A stretch of 64,000 nt of DNA from Oculatellaceae cyanobacterium bins.114 (GTDB taxonomy: Bacteria > Cyanobacteriota > Cyanobacteriia > Elainellales > Elainellaceae). Under the pieces are notes generated by a model. It saw only the letters and a list, made by a program, of their open reading frames with translations, was not told the DNA's origin and ran no database searches. Below, in pieces: positions 10,127-20,572 of the stretch (position 1 is the stretch's first letter; each line of letters starts with the position of its first letter). The position numbers and the translations under genes were made by a program. The stretch lies in NCBI GenBank assembly GCA_033764315.1, contig JANRJA010000065.1, positions 1 to 64,000 on the forward strand. The letters run 5' to 3'.

Positions 10127-12544
10127 TTAACGTTGCATGTGTTGCTCTAACAACGCCTGTGCTCTGGGCTTAAACAGCAGATAAAACAACGACTCCAGAT
10201 ATCGCAGAATGTCTTCACGATTTTCTTGCGAGGTATAGTTCCAGAAGCCATAGATGCGTGCCAGTGAGAGCAATCGGGTGGTGTGAATTTTCCAGGTATA
10301 GGTGCTCAAGACGCGAGCGATCGCTTGTTGTGAAATCTCAGACCAGTACTCTGGATTGGCGTCACATGTGGCGACGAAATCGAGAATGGTGGTTGCCATC
10401 TCTTCGGGTTGAGTGGGGTTAATGTAGAAACCATTCACTCCGTCTTGAATAATTTCGAGAGGCCCCCCAAAACGGGTAGCAAAGGTAGGCAAACCCGTGA
10501 TCATAGCTTCTAAAACGGTTAATCCAAATGCCTCAAACAGAGCAGGTTGGACAAAAACTCCCTGGCGATCGCCAATAATTCGATAGATTTCTCCAGAGTC
10601 AGTTTTAGAGAGCCGCACACCCAACCAGCGAATTTTGCCATGTAGGTTGTACTGCTCAATGATGTGATACAACTTCTCAATCTCGCTCGCTTCTTCGTGA
10701 TCGGCGGTGTCTTGGGTGCGAAGTTTGCCAGCAATCAAGATTAAATTGCACTGGTCTTGCAGGGCTGCACTCTTGCCAAAGCATTCTGCTAATCCGGTCA
10801 AATTTTTAATGCGATCGAGCCGTGCCATTGAAAACAACGGACGTTTATTGGGATCAGCCAACGTCCCAAAAATCTGGTTAGGATCAGAATCTGTAAACAG
10901 CAAGGCTTCTAATCGCTGCTGTTCGCCTGACAACCGATCTTGAGTTTGGGTATACGGGAAGAAATAGGTTTCGTTTACCCCCGGTGGCACCACATTAAAT
11001 TTAGGGCTAAACAGCTCTATGCCATGCACAACGTGATATAGCTCTGGCATAGTAAACGATTGGTAAGACTCATATTGCCCGACACTATCGGTCGTGCCCA
11101 CAATCTCTTGATAGGTGCTGCTAATGACGAAATTGGAAGCATTCATCGCAATCAAATCTGCCGTAAATTGCAATGAAAAGTGATATTTGTCCTCTAACTC
11201 ATGCCAGTAGAGGTTACTGAAGAGATACTTTGACTTCTCTAGGGCATGAGCCACGATACATTGAGTCACTTTGAGGCGACGGGCTAACAAAAAGGCTACC
11301 AAGTTACCATCGGAGTAGTTGCCCACAATCAGGTCAGGACGGGCTTGAAACTCGGCTAACAAAGCTTTTTCGGCATCGATCGCATAACTCTCGACATAGG
11401 GCCAGATTTCAAACCGCGAGATCCAGTTTTGCGTCACTTTGGGGTTAAATTCGCGGAAGGGAACTCGCAAAATCCAGGCGTTATCTGTCCCATACACTTT
11501 TTCTAGAGGTTGGTTACAACGGGTGCCATCGCTATTAGGAATCAGGCGTGTCAGAATAATCACCTTGGGATGGACTGCTAAAACGCTTAAGCCTGATAAC
11601 TCAACATCTTCTTGCATCTGCTTTTCCAGGCTTTTAGCTTGATCCAGCACATACACCACCTGTCCACCCGTATCAGGTCTGCCCAATACGCCTTCTTGCC
11701 CAAACCAACCGTGGGGTGACACCAGCACAATCCGGAAGATCATCGGAATGCGCGATAGAAAAGCCTCTAAGGTTTGGGGATCGGGCGAATCAATGAGGGA
11801 ATCTAGCAGTTCCAACGTCTCTCGAACTCGCTCAGCGGTGTTGCCCCATCCCGGTTCAAACCCGATGGATTGCAGCTCAAAGCGAAAGTTGGCATAGGGT
11901 TCATTGTTGGGGCGATCGCCCACAACCGTTAATGCCCGTTTGACGCATGCTGAGAGTGCTTGCTGCGTTTTGATGCGCTCGTTAATCAGCAGTTGACTGC
12001 CATCGTAACGGTGCAAACTGAGAAATTTATAAAGTGCCTCTAACCACTGCTGCGAATCCAGTAGTTTGCTAGACAGATAACGGTTGAGGAATTGCACTCC
12101 CTTGCCAATGTTTTTGGGATCGCGAATGAGCGGAGAGTAGTCGTAAAACGGTTGCAGATCGATTTCCAGAATGCCGCCTTCATTAGGGTGCGATCGCTTG
12201 ACATAGCGATCGCGCGTTTCTAACAACTCCTGAACGGTCATCGCCTCCACTGTCAGATCCTCTGTCACCCAAAAAGAGTGCGATCGGGCAATCTCAGGGC
12301 GAACGACCACACAAAAACTACTCTCGTCTAAGATGATTTCCTGCGTATAAAAAATTAGCTTTCCCAAACGGGATGACCGTTGAAATGATTCTGGCTTGTG
12401 TTGAGTGGCACAATACTCAGCAAACGCAATTTCAATGTCGTTACGCAACCAATATTGTTTATCTTGCTGACGTAACTCCCGCAAAAATTGCCGCAGATCG
12501 GCTCTTTCGTCACTCTCGACGACGGCATAGATCAGTTCAGACAT
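10127..12544 (-). CDS. susA: Sucrose synthase
   Basis: GVQFLNRYLS, VLGRPDTGGQVVY, AHALEKSKY, MARLDRIKN, EAFGLTVLEAM; 805 aa from ATG 12544. Confidence 0.95.
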   Translation of the reverse strand: MSELIYAVVESDERADLRQFLRELRQQDKQYWLRNDIEIAFAEYCATQHKPESFQRSSRLGKLIFYTQEIILDESSFCVVVRPEIARSHSFWVTEDLTVEAMTVQELLETRDRYVKRSHPNEGGILEIDLQPFYDYSPLIRDPKNIGKGVQFLNRYLSSKLLDSQQWLEALYKFLSLHRYDGSQLLINERIKTQQALSACVKRALTVVGDRPNNEPYANFRFELQSIGFEPGWGNTAERVRETLELLDSLIDSPDPQTLEAFLSRIPMIFRIVLVSPHGWFGQEGVLGRPDTGGQVVYVLDQAKSLEKQMQEDVELSGLSVLAVHPKVIILTRLIPNSDGTRCNQPLEKVYGTDNAWILRVPFREFNPKVTQNWISRFEIWPYVESYAIDAEKALLAEFQARPDLIVGNYSDGNLVAFLLARRLKVTQCIVAHALEKSKYLFSNLYWHELEDKYHFSLQFTADLIAMNASNFVISSTYQEIVGTTDSVGQYESYQSFTMPELYHVVHGIELFSPKFNVVPPGVNETYFFPYTQTQDRLSGEQQRLEALLFTDSDPNQIFGTLADPNKRPLFSMARLDRIKNLTGLAECFGKSAALQDQCNLILIAGKLRTQDTADHEEASEIEKLYHIIEQYNLHGKIRWLGVRLSKTDSGEIYRIIGDRQGVFVQPALFEAFGLTVLEAMITGLPTFATRFGGPLEIIQDGVNGFYINPTQPEEMATTILDFVATCDANPEYWSEISQQAIARVLSTYTWKIHTTRLLSLARIYGFWNYTSQENREDILRYLESLFYLLFKPRAQALLEQHMQR

Positions 12545-12864
12545 ACAACACCCCAAAACTAACAGTTCGGGGTAGTCCTCTAAAAGTCATGATTTTTGAG
12601 CAAGGACTACCCAGTTTGGCTTCTTCCCTATTGAACTGTTTGCCCCCAGGTTTAGTTCCCTGTCTCCATGAGGAATTTAACGCGACAGCGGAGTCAACTG
12701 GGTGAAAGGGGTTTCCTGGCTCCCTCTCTTTTCTTAACCTCAAATCGGTAGATCGAGTCTCACACTTTGTAGTAGGGTAAGCCTGCCAGGGGTAAGTCTT
12801 GTTTCACAGTTGCCCCAGAGGGTTAATCGCCCCATTAACACAACCGCGTGGAGAGTGATGTATA

Positions 12865-13611
12865 GTGGCGACATTTTTGCTGGTGACAGATCTAGATCAC
12901 ACTCTGGTCGGTGATGACGATGCGCTGGCAGAGTTAAATCAACAGTTGAGTCAATATCGAGAGAGTGATGGCACCAAAATTGTCTACTCCACTGGGCGAT
13001 CGCCTACGTCTTATCGGCAACTCTGCTCTGAAAAAACACTCCTCCCCCCTGATGCTCTGATTACTGGGGTTGGCACAGCCATCTATTACGCCGATCATTC
13101 TACCCCTGACTTCTCCTGGGCAACCCAACTCGCTACCCAGTGGGATCGCGATCAGGTGGTGGCGATCGCGGCTCATTTTGCAGACTTGGTGCCTCAACCC
13201 GACTCCGAACAAGGCGCATTTAAGGTCAGTTTTTATCTGGCAGAGGCGATCGCCAGTGATGTTATTGCTGAACTTGAAACCAGTCTTAAGCAACAGGAAT
13301 TAGAGATCAAAATTATTTACAGTGGCGGCAAGGATTTAGACATCTTGCCAATTCAAGCGGACAAAGGGCTAGCAATGACCTTTGTGAGAGAAAAATGGCA
13401 ATTTGAACCGAGTCAAACCGTAGTTTGTGGCGATTCAGGTAATGATCGTGCTTTGTTTAACATGAGCAACGAACGTGGCATTATCGTCGGCAATGCCATG
13501 CCTGAGTTGTTGCAGTGGCACCAAGCCAATCCTCAACCCCACCATTACTTAGCAAAAGCTCATTGTGCGGGTGGCATCTTAGAAGGATTGCAGCATTTTG
13601 GCTGGTTTTAA
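12865..13611 (+). CDS. spp: Sucrose-phosphate phosphatase (HAD IIB)
   Basis: LVTDLDHTL, STGRS, CGDSGND, GILEGLQHF; divergent from sucrose synthase. Confidence 0.9.
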   Translation: MATFLLVTDLDHTLVGDDDALAELNQQLSQYRESDGTKIVYSTGRSPTSYRQLCSEKTLLPPDALITGVGTAIYYADHSTPDFSWATQLATQWDRDQVVAIAAHFADLVPQPDSEQGAFKVSFYLAEAIASDVIAELETSLKQQELEIKIIYSGGKDLDILPIQADKGLAMTFVREKWQFEPSQTVVCGDSGNDRALFNMSNERGIIVGNAMPELLQWHQANPQPHHYLAKAHCAGGILEGLQHFGWF

Positions 13612-13769
13612 GCCAAGCACACCTGAGCATTCAGCCTGATCGAGTGGCTCGCTGCTAGGGTTGATTACAAAGTTTCAAATCCTTCTACGATATGGGTTAG
13701 TGTCTGTTAACCCACCCTACCCAAAAGGCCAAATCAGCACTCAGCCTGATGGCATTAGTCGTTTCAGGT

Positions 13770-13991
13770 TTAATCGTTGTCCCACTCTTCGCGTCCGAGC
13801 AGATCACCCACTCTGTCTCTAAGCAAAAAGTTGCTTTTTTCTAATTCACACTCTACATACGCCCACTCACGAGCAGGGATGTATTTGCAGAGGGCATAAA
13901 TAGGCTGTTGACGGCTGATCACACCTTCTTGCACAAGGTGACGAGCCTCATCTTTGATGAGATCCATAGAGTATTGAATAGATTGGAGCAT
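13770..13991 (-). CDS. DUF4327 family protein
   Basis: IKDEARHLV..G.ISRQQPIYALC.YIPAREW...E.ELE...FLLRD pattern. Confidence 0.85.
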   Translation of the reverse strand: MLQSIQYSMDLIKDEARHLVQEGVISRQQPIYALCKYIPAREWAYVECELEKSNFLLRDRVGDLLGREEWDND

Positions 13992-14103
13992 GATTCACCC
14001 TCGATCCGTAGTGGCTAAAAAAACTGTTGAGTTGTGTTGAGTTAAGAAACTAAACTTTTTATATAAACAATTGTATAGATTTAAAAGCTAAAAAACCAAT
14101 TTC

Positions 14104-14117
14104 GTAGTGATATATAC
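14104..14117. promoter_or_regulatory. Possible NtcA box (GTA-N8-TAC)
   Basis: GTAGTGATATATAC in an AT-rich divergent intergenic region; no canonically spaced -10 confirmed. Confidence 0.3.
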
Positions 14118-14415
14118 CGAATTCATTTTAGCCCCACGCTAAGCAACCTATCAAGTATGTTAATAACTATCACAAAAGTCATAGAACTTTGATATGTATT
14201 CGGGATACTCGATGTTTAGGTACGTTATGTGATATCAGAGCGATTCTTTGATTTGATTCGTTTGCTTATCTTAGAACTCCCCCCTTATGCTGATTAAGGC
14301 AAAAAAGCATTCTAAAGATTTTTGTAATATTCGGGTGCAGATGTTGTCTACAAAACCTGACTTTTTGCCATAAATCAGCTACATCTAGCAGCAATACGCT
14401 AAAAACTAAATCCCC

Positions 14416-16326
14416 ATGATGCCGTTCCGTTGGTCTGATCTTCTGGAATCTTGTATTGGCTGGTGGAAAAGCAATCGTGCTGACCCAAAAGTTACATTAA
14501 TTGCGATCGCAACCCTGCCTCTATTTGCTTTGCTTTTAGGGTTTGTCTCTAATGTAGCCGCTACCGACAGAACGAGCACAACTGAAGCCACGACTTCACC
14601 CAATGAGCTAATTCAAGACTCCTCTGTGGCATCGGGTGATGAAACAACCCCAGTCAATCTTGAGGTTGCTCAAGCCTCTCCATTGGAGTCAAGCTGTGCC
14701 GCCGGACAGGAAGTTGCGACTGACTCAACTGCTAAACCGAGCGATCGCCTGACGGAGTTGCTGAATTGGGCGGTCAGCCCTGAAACAAGCTTTACATCTC
14801 TGGTCAGCCAGGTAGGACCTGTCGTCGCGGCTCAACTGGCTGCCCGTCCGTTCCCTGAAATTCAGGAGCGAGCAAGACTGTCGAGGGTGCCTGTGTTGAT
14901 GTATCACGACATCCTGGCAGAAAAGGAAGTGTTCTTTGATGTCACCCCAGAAGAGTTTGAAGCCCATTTGAAGCTGATTCAGCAGAATGGGTTACATCCT
15001 ATCAGCCTCGACCAACTGGTGGCCCATTTGTCTACTGGGGTGCCACTCCCTGAAAAGCCTGTGTTGTTGACGTTTGATGACGGCTACGCAGGGCACTACA
15101 CCTATGTCTATCCGCTACTGCGCAAATATGGCTACCCCGGCACGTTTGCCATCTACACCGACAAAGTTGGCAGAAATTATGGGCGATCGAGCCTGACTTG
15201 GGATCAACTCCGGGAAATGGCAGCCGACCCCCTTGTGACGATCGCCTCTCACAGCCTCAGCCATCCCCGCGATTTGGGAGACATTCCCGATCAGCAGTTG
15301 CGGCGTGAGGTAGTAGAGTCAAAGCGCATTTTAGAGGAACAGTTAGGCATCCCCATTGACCACTTCGTTTACCCTGAAGGCAACTACAACGATCGCGTCA
15401 AATATTGGGTGCAATTGGCGGGTTATCACTCTGCCCTGACCATGAACGACGATGAAAACAAGTTTGCTGGTGAGTCAAACGATTTGTTGAGCATTGAGCG
15501 GATTGGTCAATCGCAAATTGCTGAGGTGATCACTCAAGTCTACGGAGGCCCACCCCTGCCGACTTGGGGCACTAATTTTAATTTCAATAATCCGGTTCAG
15601 GTCAACCAAGTTACCCTAGAAGGAACTCCGTTGATTTTGATTTCAGGGGGTAAGCCGATTACGATTCACGCTGACAGCCGTTACCAGGTTCCTGAGATCA
15701 TCTCAAACACTCGTGCGATCGCGGCAGTCGATGGAGGGTTCTTTTCGCTCAAATACCTCGATTCCAATGTCATGATTGGCCCTGTTTTGAGCCAAAACAC
15801 AGAAACCTTTACTCCTGGAAACGCCAGCGAAAATCCTCGATTAAACAAACGCCCATTGGTCTTGATTAGCGATAGCACCGTTAAGTTTGTGCCCTTTGAT
15901 GCGGCTCTTCACAACACGCTGGAAGGCGTTCAAACCGAGATGGCGGATGTCACTGATGCCTTTGTCGCGGCTGCGTGGCTGGTCAAAGATAGTCAACCCC
16001 AACCGGATGAAGCGTTTGGCACGTTGTTTGACTTTAATGCAGCTCGTCATCGGGCGTTTTGGGGCATTGACCAAACAGGACAACCCGTAATCGGTGTCTC
16101 TGTTGAACCCATTGGTTCGGTTGATTTAGGCAAGCTTTTAGCTCAAGCTGGTTTTCGAGATGCAGTGATGTTAGATTCGGGTGCGAGTACCTCTCTGGCC
16201 TATCAAGGAGAGTCTCTTGTGGGCTATCTTCCCCGTCCTGTGCCCCATGTTGTGGCTCTGGTGCCGCCTGAAGTGGCTGCGGCTCCAGGCTGTGCCCTCG
16301 TGTCTGATCGACGTGCTAAGGATTAA
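14416..16326 (+). CDS. Polysaccharide deacetylase (CE4) fused to phosphodiester-glycosidase-like domain
   Basis: PVLMYH, LTFDDGY, SHSLSH, YPEG; C-terminal AAVDGGFF and AVMLDSGAST. Confidence 0.85.
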   Translation: MMPFRWSDLLESCIGWWKSNRADPKVTLIAIATLPLFALLLGFVSNVAATDRTSTTEATTSPNELIQDSSVASGDETTPVNLEVAQASPLESSCAAGQEVATDSTAKPSDRLTELLNWAVSPETSFTSLVSQVGPVVAAQLAARPFPEIQERARLSRVPVLMYHDILAEKEVFFDVTPEEFEAHLKLIQQNGLHPISLDQLVAHLSTGVPLPEKPVLLTFDDGYAGHYTYVYPLLRKYGYPGTFAIYTDKVGRNYGRSSLTWDQLREMAADPLVTIASHSLSHPRDLGDIPDQQLRREVVESKRILEEQLGIPIDHFVYPEGNYNDRVKYWVQLAGYHSALTMNDDENKFAGESNDLLSIERIGQSQIAEVITQVYGGPPLPTWGTNFNFNNPVQVNQVTLEGTPLILISGGKPITIHADSRYQVPEIISNTRAIAAVDGGFFSLKYLDSNVMIGPVLSQNTETFTPGNASENPRLNKRPLVLISDSTVKFVPFDAALHNTLEGVQTEMADVTDAFVAAAWLVKDSQPQPDEAFGTLFDFNAARHRAFWGIDQTGQPVIGVSVEPIGSVDLGKLLAQAGFRDAVMLDSGASTSLAYQGESLVGYLPRPVPHVVALVPPEVAAAPGCALVSDRRAKD

Positions 16327-16332
16327 ACAAAG

Positions 16333-17793
16333 ATGAGTTCGACGACCCAACAATCGAATCAATCTCCTTCCTCAGCTTTATCAGAAACGATGAAATCTGA
16401 GCAAGCTTCGCTGCAACCACCCACTCCAGAGCCGTCAAAGCCGGAGCAAGCTCCACCCGAATCAAAGTCTTTAGAAGGAGATCGAGGGCAATTGGGTCAA
16501 CTGCCGCTAAAGACCAATACTCTGCCCAACCCGCCTAAGCCAGGTCAACTGTCAGGCTCAACGTCAAACCCTCTAGGATCGTCTAACCCCAACCCAAGTC
16601 AGGCAACGGTTGGTCAGTCACCTACTGCTCAGCCAGAAGTGACTCAAGTAGAAGTCACGCAGAAAACCGATCGACAGCCAAACGCCGATCAAGCAAAAGC
16701 TACTCAAGTCAAGGCTGCTCAGGACAAGGCTGCTCAGGCCAAGGCTGCTCAAGTCAAGGCTACTCCGACAAAGGCTGCTCCGACAAAGGCTACTCAGGCC
16801 AAGGCTGCTCAGGCAAAGGCTACTCAAGCAAAAGCTACTCCGACAAAAACTGCTCCGATAGACGAGAGAAAGCCTGACCTCGCCCCATCTCAGCAAACAC
16901 CTGCTCAAGCGGTACCTCCCAAACCCATTAAGCCCGTTGTTAAACTGCTGCATTCTCCACTGTTGCGTCCTCGGTTGCGCTCAAAGTGGTGGGGGTTTGC
17001 AGGGGCGATCGCCATTGTGAGTCTGTGGATCATCTCCCTCCACATTGTGCTTACCCAACTGGGTCTACCAGCCCCTACTCCGGTTCAAACTGCCCATTCA
17101 GGCTTCCTTCAATCGCCTCAATTGCTAGCTTTGGCTAAACCAGAGGTGACCCCTAAACCCCTTCCGGCTCAATTTCCCCCTACTCCTGACGAGTTGACTC
17201 CTCAGCCCCCAGGCTATGGTCATTTTTTATATGGCGAGATCAGCCCAGACCAGTTAATGATTGTGGGAAGCTATTCTCAAGCCATTGAAGAACGATTTGA
17301 GCGTTTGAGTGAAGCGGCTGGATTAGCCCTGTTGAGAATGATTGATGCGGCTCGGCAGGATGGAGTCTGGCTGGTGCCAATTTCAGGATTTCGCGATTTT
17401 GCACGGCAAGAAATGCTGTTTCAAATTCAAATTGAGCAAGTTGGGTCAGCGGTGGCGGCGGCGCGATCGGTGGCACCTGCTGGCTATAGTGAACACCATA
17501 CGGGATATGCGGTGGATCTGGCTGATGGGCTGGCACGCGCGATGGATCTCAGTCTTGCCTTTGGCAACACCCCAGCCTTTGAATGGTTAACTCGTCATGC
17601 TGTCGAGTTTGGCTTTGAGTTATCGTTTCCTGAGAACAATACTCAAGGGGTGATGTATGAGCCCTGGCACTGGCGTTTTGTGGGTTCCCCTGCGGCTACT
17701 CAAACGTTTGCTCAAGCACGAAATCAGGAGCAGTCTCGTCATTCTGCCGACTGTTCTTTTGCTTTTGAGGTTAATTGCGACGTCAATCGATAA
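16333..17793 (+). CDS. D-Ala-D-Ala carboxypeptidase (M15B/VanY-like) with long low-complexity N-terminus and one TM
   Basis: SGFR, SEHHTGYAVD, YEPWHWRFVG. Confidence 0.88.
   Translation: MSSTTQQSNQSPSSALSETMKSEQASLQPPTPEPSKPEQAPPESKSLEGDRGQLGQLPLKTNTLPNPPKPGQLSGSTSNPLGSSNPNPSQATVGQSPTAQPEVTQVEVTQKTDRQPNADQAKATQVKAAQDKAAQAKAAQVKATPTKAAPTKATQAKAAQAKATQAKATPTKTAPIDERKPDLAPSQQTPAQAVPPKPIKPVVKLLHSPLLRPRLRSKWWGFAGAIAIVSLWIISLHIVLTQLGLPAPTPVQTAHSGFLQSPQLLALAKPEVTPKPLPAQFPPTPDELTPQPPGYGHFLYGEISPDQLMIVGSYSQAIEERFERLSEAAGLALLRMIDAARQDGVWLVPISGFRDFARQEMLFQIQIEQVGSAVAAARSVAPAGYSEHHTGYAVDLADGLARAMDLSLAFGNTPAFEWLTRHAVEFGFELSFPENNTQGVMYEPWHWRFVGSPAATQTFAQARNQEQSRHSADCSFAFEVNCDVNR
16690..16860 (+). repeat. 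15-bp coding tandem repeat (KA[A/T]Q[A/V], KA[A/T]PT)
   Basis: About 11 units of AAGGCT(G/A)CTC.... in frame. Confidence 0.85.
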
Positions 17794-17813
17794 AGGCTAA
17801 GGCGGTTAATATA

Positions 17814-17923
17814 ACGCGATGTGCAACTTAAAGGTGTTAGATCCCCGGTTGCTCGTTCAGCACCCTTAGAGTAGTCTGATTTGCGTCACAGCAACCGGGG
17901 ATCTGGGGAAAGTCGCACACGGG
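17814..17923. mobile_element. ~110-bp MITE with 9-bp target-site duplication
   Basis: Ends ACGCGATGTGCAACTT / AAGTCGCACACGGG, flanked both sides by GTTAATATA; internal CCCCGGTTGCT...AGCAACCGGGG stem; second copy at 48280. Confidence 0.85.
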
Positions 17924-17928
17924 GTTAA

Positions 17929-18006
17929 TATAGCAATTGTCAAGGCTGTTGATGCAAGGGGGTGGAACCTCTGTACCCCATCCTCACTAACCCTTCGATG
18001 GCTATA
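17929..18006. repeat. Small element with TATAGC...GCTATA ends (IS630-like MITE?)
   Basis: Terminal inverted TATAGC; a similar end at 1046. Confidence 0.4.
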
Positions 18007-18097
18007 ATCCTGATGGAAAAATTGGGGATCTGCTGATGTGAAAGGTTAGCATTTTCTTTAAGGGTGCTATTGCGATAAACTCCATGTGCGATCGACC

Positions 18098-20560
18098 ATG
18101 AAGCAACCGACCCAACCTGATGCTCACTCTACAACCCCTGACCCCCTTTCTTCAGAGTTAGATGAATCAACTCTAGCCACCGATAAGCCAAACTCAACGC
18201 TGTTGCAAGCGCAGTTTGACCGTCTGCAACCCCGATGGCGATCGCGTAGTTTTATTGGATTGTTGCTGTTTGTTGGGGTAACGGCCATTGTTGCTGTGAC
18301 TGCCTTCACAAGCTATAAGGTTGTGCATCTGTTGTTGTTGAAGAATCTAAAACAACAGGCACTCTCTGATGTGCAACAAGGCAGAAGTGAGCTGGATGCC
18401 TGGATCTCGACCCGCAAAGCTGAAGTTGTCGCCTTGGCCAATACTCCCACGGTGCGATCGCTAGATTGGGCTGTCACCGAACCCTATTTGCACACCGAGA
18501 TAGACCGGATTTCTCAATTTCACCTGTTTGTTGTGGCTCGTCCAGATGGGTCGTTTGCCAATACCGTCGTGGGGCGTGCTCACGCCACTGTGAGCGATCG
18601 GGAATGGTTTCAACGGGGCATGGCTGGAGAAACCTGGGTGTCTAGTCCACTGGTGGGGCGCACTGCCAAAGTGACATTGATTAATGTGGTGACTCCGATT
18701 ACTCAGCCCGGTCACGCTCAACCTGTCGGAGTGTTTGCTGGAGCCATCACCATCAATCGGTTGGTACGCATTGTCAAACAATTGGATGCTGGCCCTGGCA
18801 GCTATGCTTTTGCGTTAGATGCGAATGGAGTGCCAATCGCCCATCCTGACTCGCGCTTGATTGGCACCCCCGAACGACCCGCCCCTAGTTTTTTAGACTC
18901 TGAGAATGCAGACCTAGCGGCGATCGCCCATCGCATGGTTGATCTAAATGAAGGCATTGATTTGGTCTATCTTGACGGTCGCTGGCAATACGTTGCCTAT
19001 GCCCCTCTAAAGCAGGTTGATTGGGCGATCGCCTTAGTGATTCCACGAGAGAATATTGAGTCTCAATTGGGCGCACTAAATCTACTGGCGTCTGTGTTAG
19101 GGGGCTTAATTGTGATCGCCTTGATTGGGGTTTGGCGACAATTGCAACTTTTAGAACAGACGCGCACCCGTGCGGCTCAAGAAGCTCTGCTCAACCGCTT
19201 GACCAACCGCATTCGGGCATCTCTTGATTTACGAGTCATCGTTCAAACCACCATTACAGAGTTGGCGACTCTGTTAAAACTCAAGCGCGTGTTATTTGGT
19301 TGGTATGATCCTCAAACTCAACAATTTGAGTTGGCTTCCATGTTTCCTCAAAAAGCCTTTGTTGAGGGAACGCGCTTTCAACCCAGTATCGATCTGGATC
19401 TGCCACAAGCCTTGCAAGACGGAAAATTTGTCTGTCTGGTGCCTGTGGGTTTTACACCAGAGACTAAACCTTTTGGATTTTTAAAGTTGCAAGCCAGAAC
19501 CTACCTGTCGATCGCCATTCCCACTCAAGAAGAACGCTCTGGTTATTTAATTGGGTTAGACAGCCATCCCTTGAGCCGAGACGATCAAGAACTGCTCAAT
19601 GTTGTAGCCGATCAACTGGCGATCGCCATTACCCAGTCTCATCTCTATAGCCAGACCCAAGCCCAGGTGCAACTGCTCAATGAAACCCTGGAAACTCTAA
19701 AAAAGACTCAGTTACGGTTGATTCAAAGTGAGAAGATGTCGAGTCTAGGGCAACTGATTGCTGGCATTGCCCACGAAATCAACAATCCGGTTAACTTTAT
19801 CTATGGCAACCTGGCTCATGCCAACCAATACATTCAAGAGTTGCTAGAGCTAATCGAACTATATCAACTGCACTATCCTCGGTCACCTCAAGACATTCAA
19901 GACAAGACTGAGTTTATCGATTTAGAGTTCATCCGGGATGATTTGCCCAAGCTTTTGGCATCGATTCAAGTGGGGGCTCAACGGATTCGAGAGATCGTCA
20001 AGTCTTTACGCATTTTTTCTCGTCTCGACGAAGCCGAAGTTAAAGGGGTCGATATTCACGAAAGCATTGATAGTGCGTTGATGATCTTACAAAATCGGTT
20101 TAAACCTAGACCCCATTTTCCAGGCATTCAGGTGGTTAAAGACTATGGGCGGTTGCCCCCAGTGGAATGTTATGCAGGACAACTCAACCAGGTGTTTATG
20201 AATATTTTGAGTAATGCGATCGATGCGCTTGAAGAATTTCACCTGAAAAATACCCATCCCCACTTCGATCACCCGGCCACCATTACGATCAATACTCGTC
20301 TAACTCAAGATCAAGAAGGGATTGAGCAAATTATGATTTGCATCGAAGATAATGGACCAGGCATTTCTGAAGCAGTTCAAAAACGCTTGTTTGACCCATT
20401 TTTTACCACTAAACCCGTGGGCAAAGGCACAGGGCTGGGCTTAGCGATCAGCTATCAGATTGTCACTGAGCGACACAATGGCGAGTTGCACTGTCATTCC
20501 ATCGTGGGACAAGGGACTAAGTTTTTGATTCAAATTCCGGTACGGCAATCTAAAGTATGA
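18098..20560 (+). CDS. Sensor histidine kinase (TM-Cache-TM-GAF-HisKA-HATPase)
   Basis: H-box AHEINNP, N-box NILSNAIDA, DNGPG, FFTTKPVGKGTGLGL. Start ATG 18098 or GTG 18086. Confidence 0.92.
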   Translation: MKQPTQPDAHSTTPDPLSSELDESTLATDKPNSTLLQAQFDRLQPRWRSRSFIGLLLFVGVTAIVAVTAFTSYKVVHLLLLKNLKQQALSDVQQGRSELDAWISTRKAEVVALANTPTVRSLDWAVTEPYLHTEIDRISQFHLFVVARPDGSFANTVVGRAHATVSDREWFQRGMAGETWVSSPLVGRTAKVTLINVVTPITQPGHAQPVGVFAGAITINRLVRIVKQLDAGPGSYAFALDANGVPIAHPDSRLIGTPERPAPSFLDSENADLAAIAHRMVDLNEGIDLVYLDGRWQYVAYAPLKQVDWAIALVIPRENIESQLGALNLLASVLGGLIVIALIGVWRQLQLLEQTRTRAAQEALLNRLTNRIRASLDLRVIVQTTITELATLLKLKRVLFGWYDPQTQQFELASMFPQKAFVEGTRFQPSIDLDLPQALQDGKFVCLVPVGFTPETKPFGFLKLQARTYLSIAIPTQEERSGYLIGLDSHPLSRDDQELLNVVADQLAIAITQSHLYSQTQAQVQLLNETLETLKKTQLRLIQSEKMSSLGQLIAGIAHEINNPVNFIYGNLAHANQYIQELLELIELYQLHYPRSPQDIQDKTEFIDLEFIRDDLPKLLASIQVGAQRIREIVKSLRIFSRLDEAEVKGVDIHESIDSALMILQNRFKPRPHFPGIQVVKDYGRLPPVECYAGQLNQVFMNILSNAIDALEEFHLKNTHPHFDHPATITINTRLTQDQEGIEQIMICIEDNGPGISEAVQKRLFDPFFTTKPVGKGTGLGLAISYQIVTERHNGELHCHSIVGQGTKFLIQIPVRQSKV

Positions 20561-20572
20561 GAATTGATCAGC

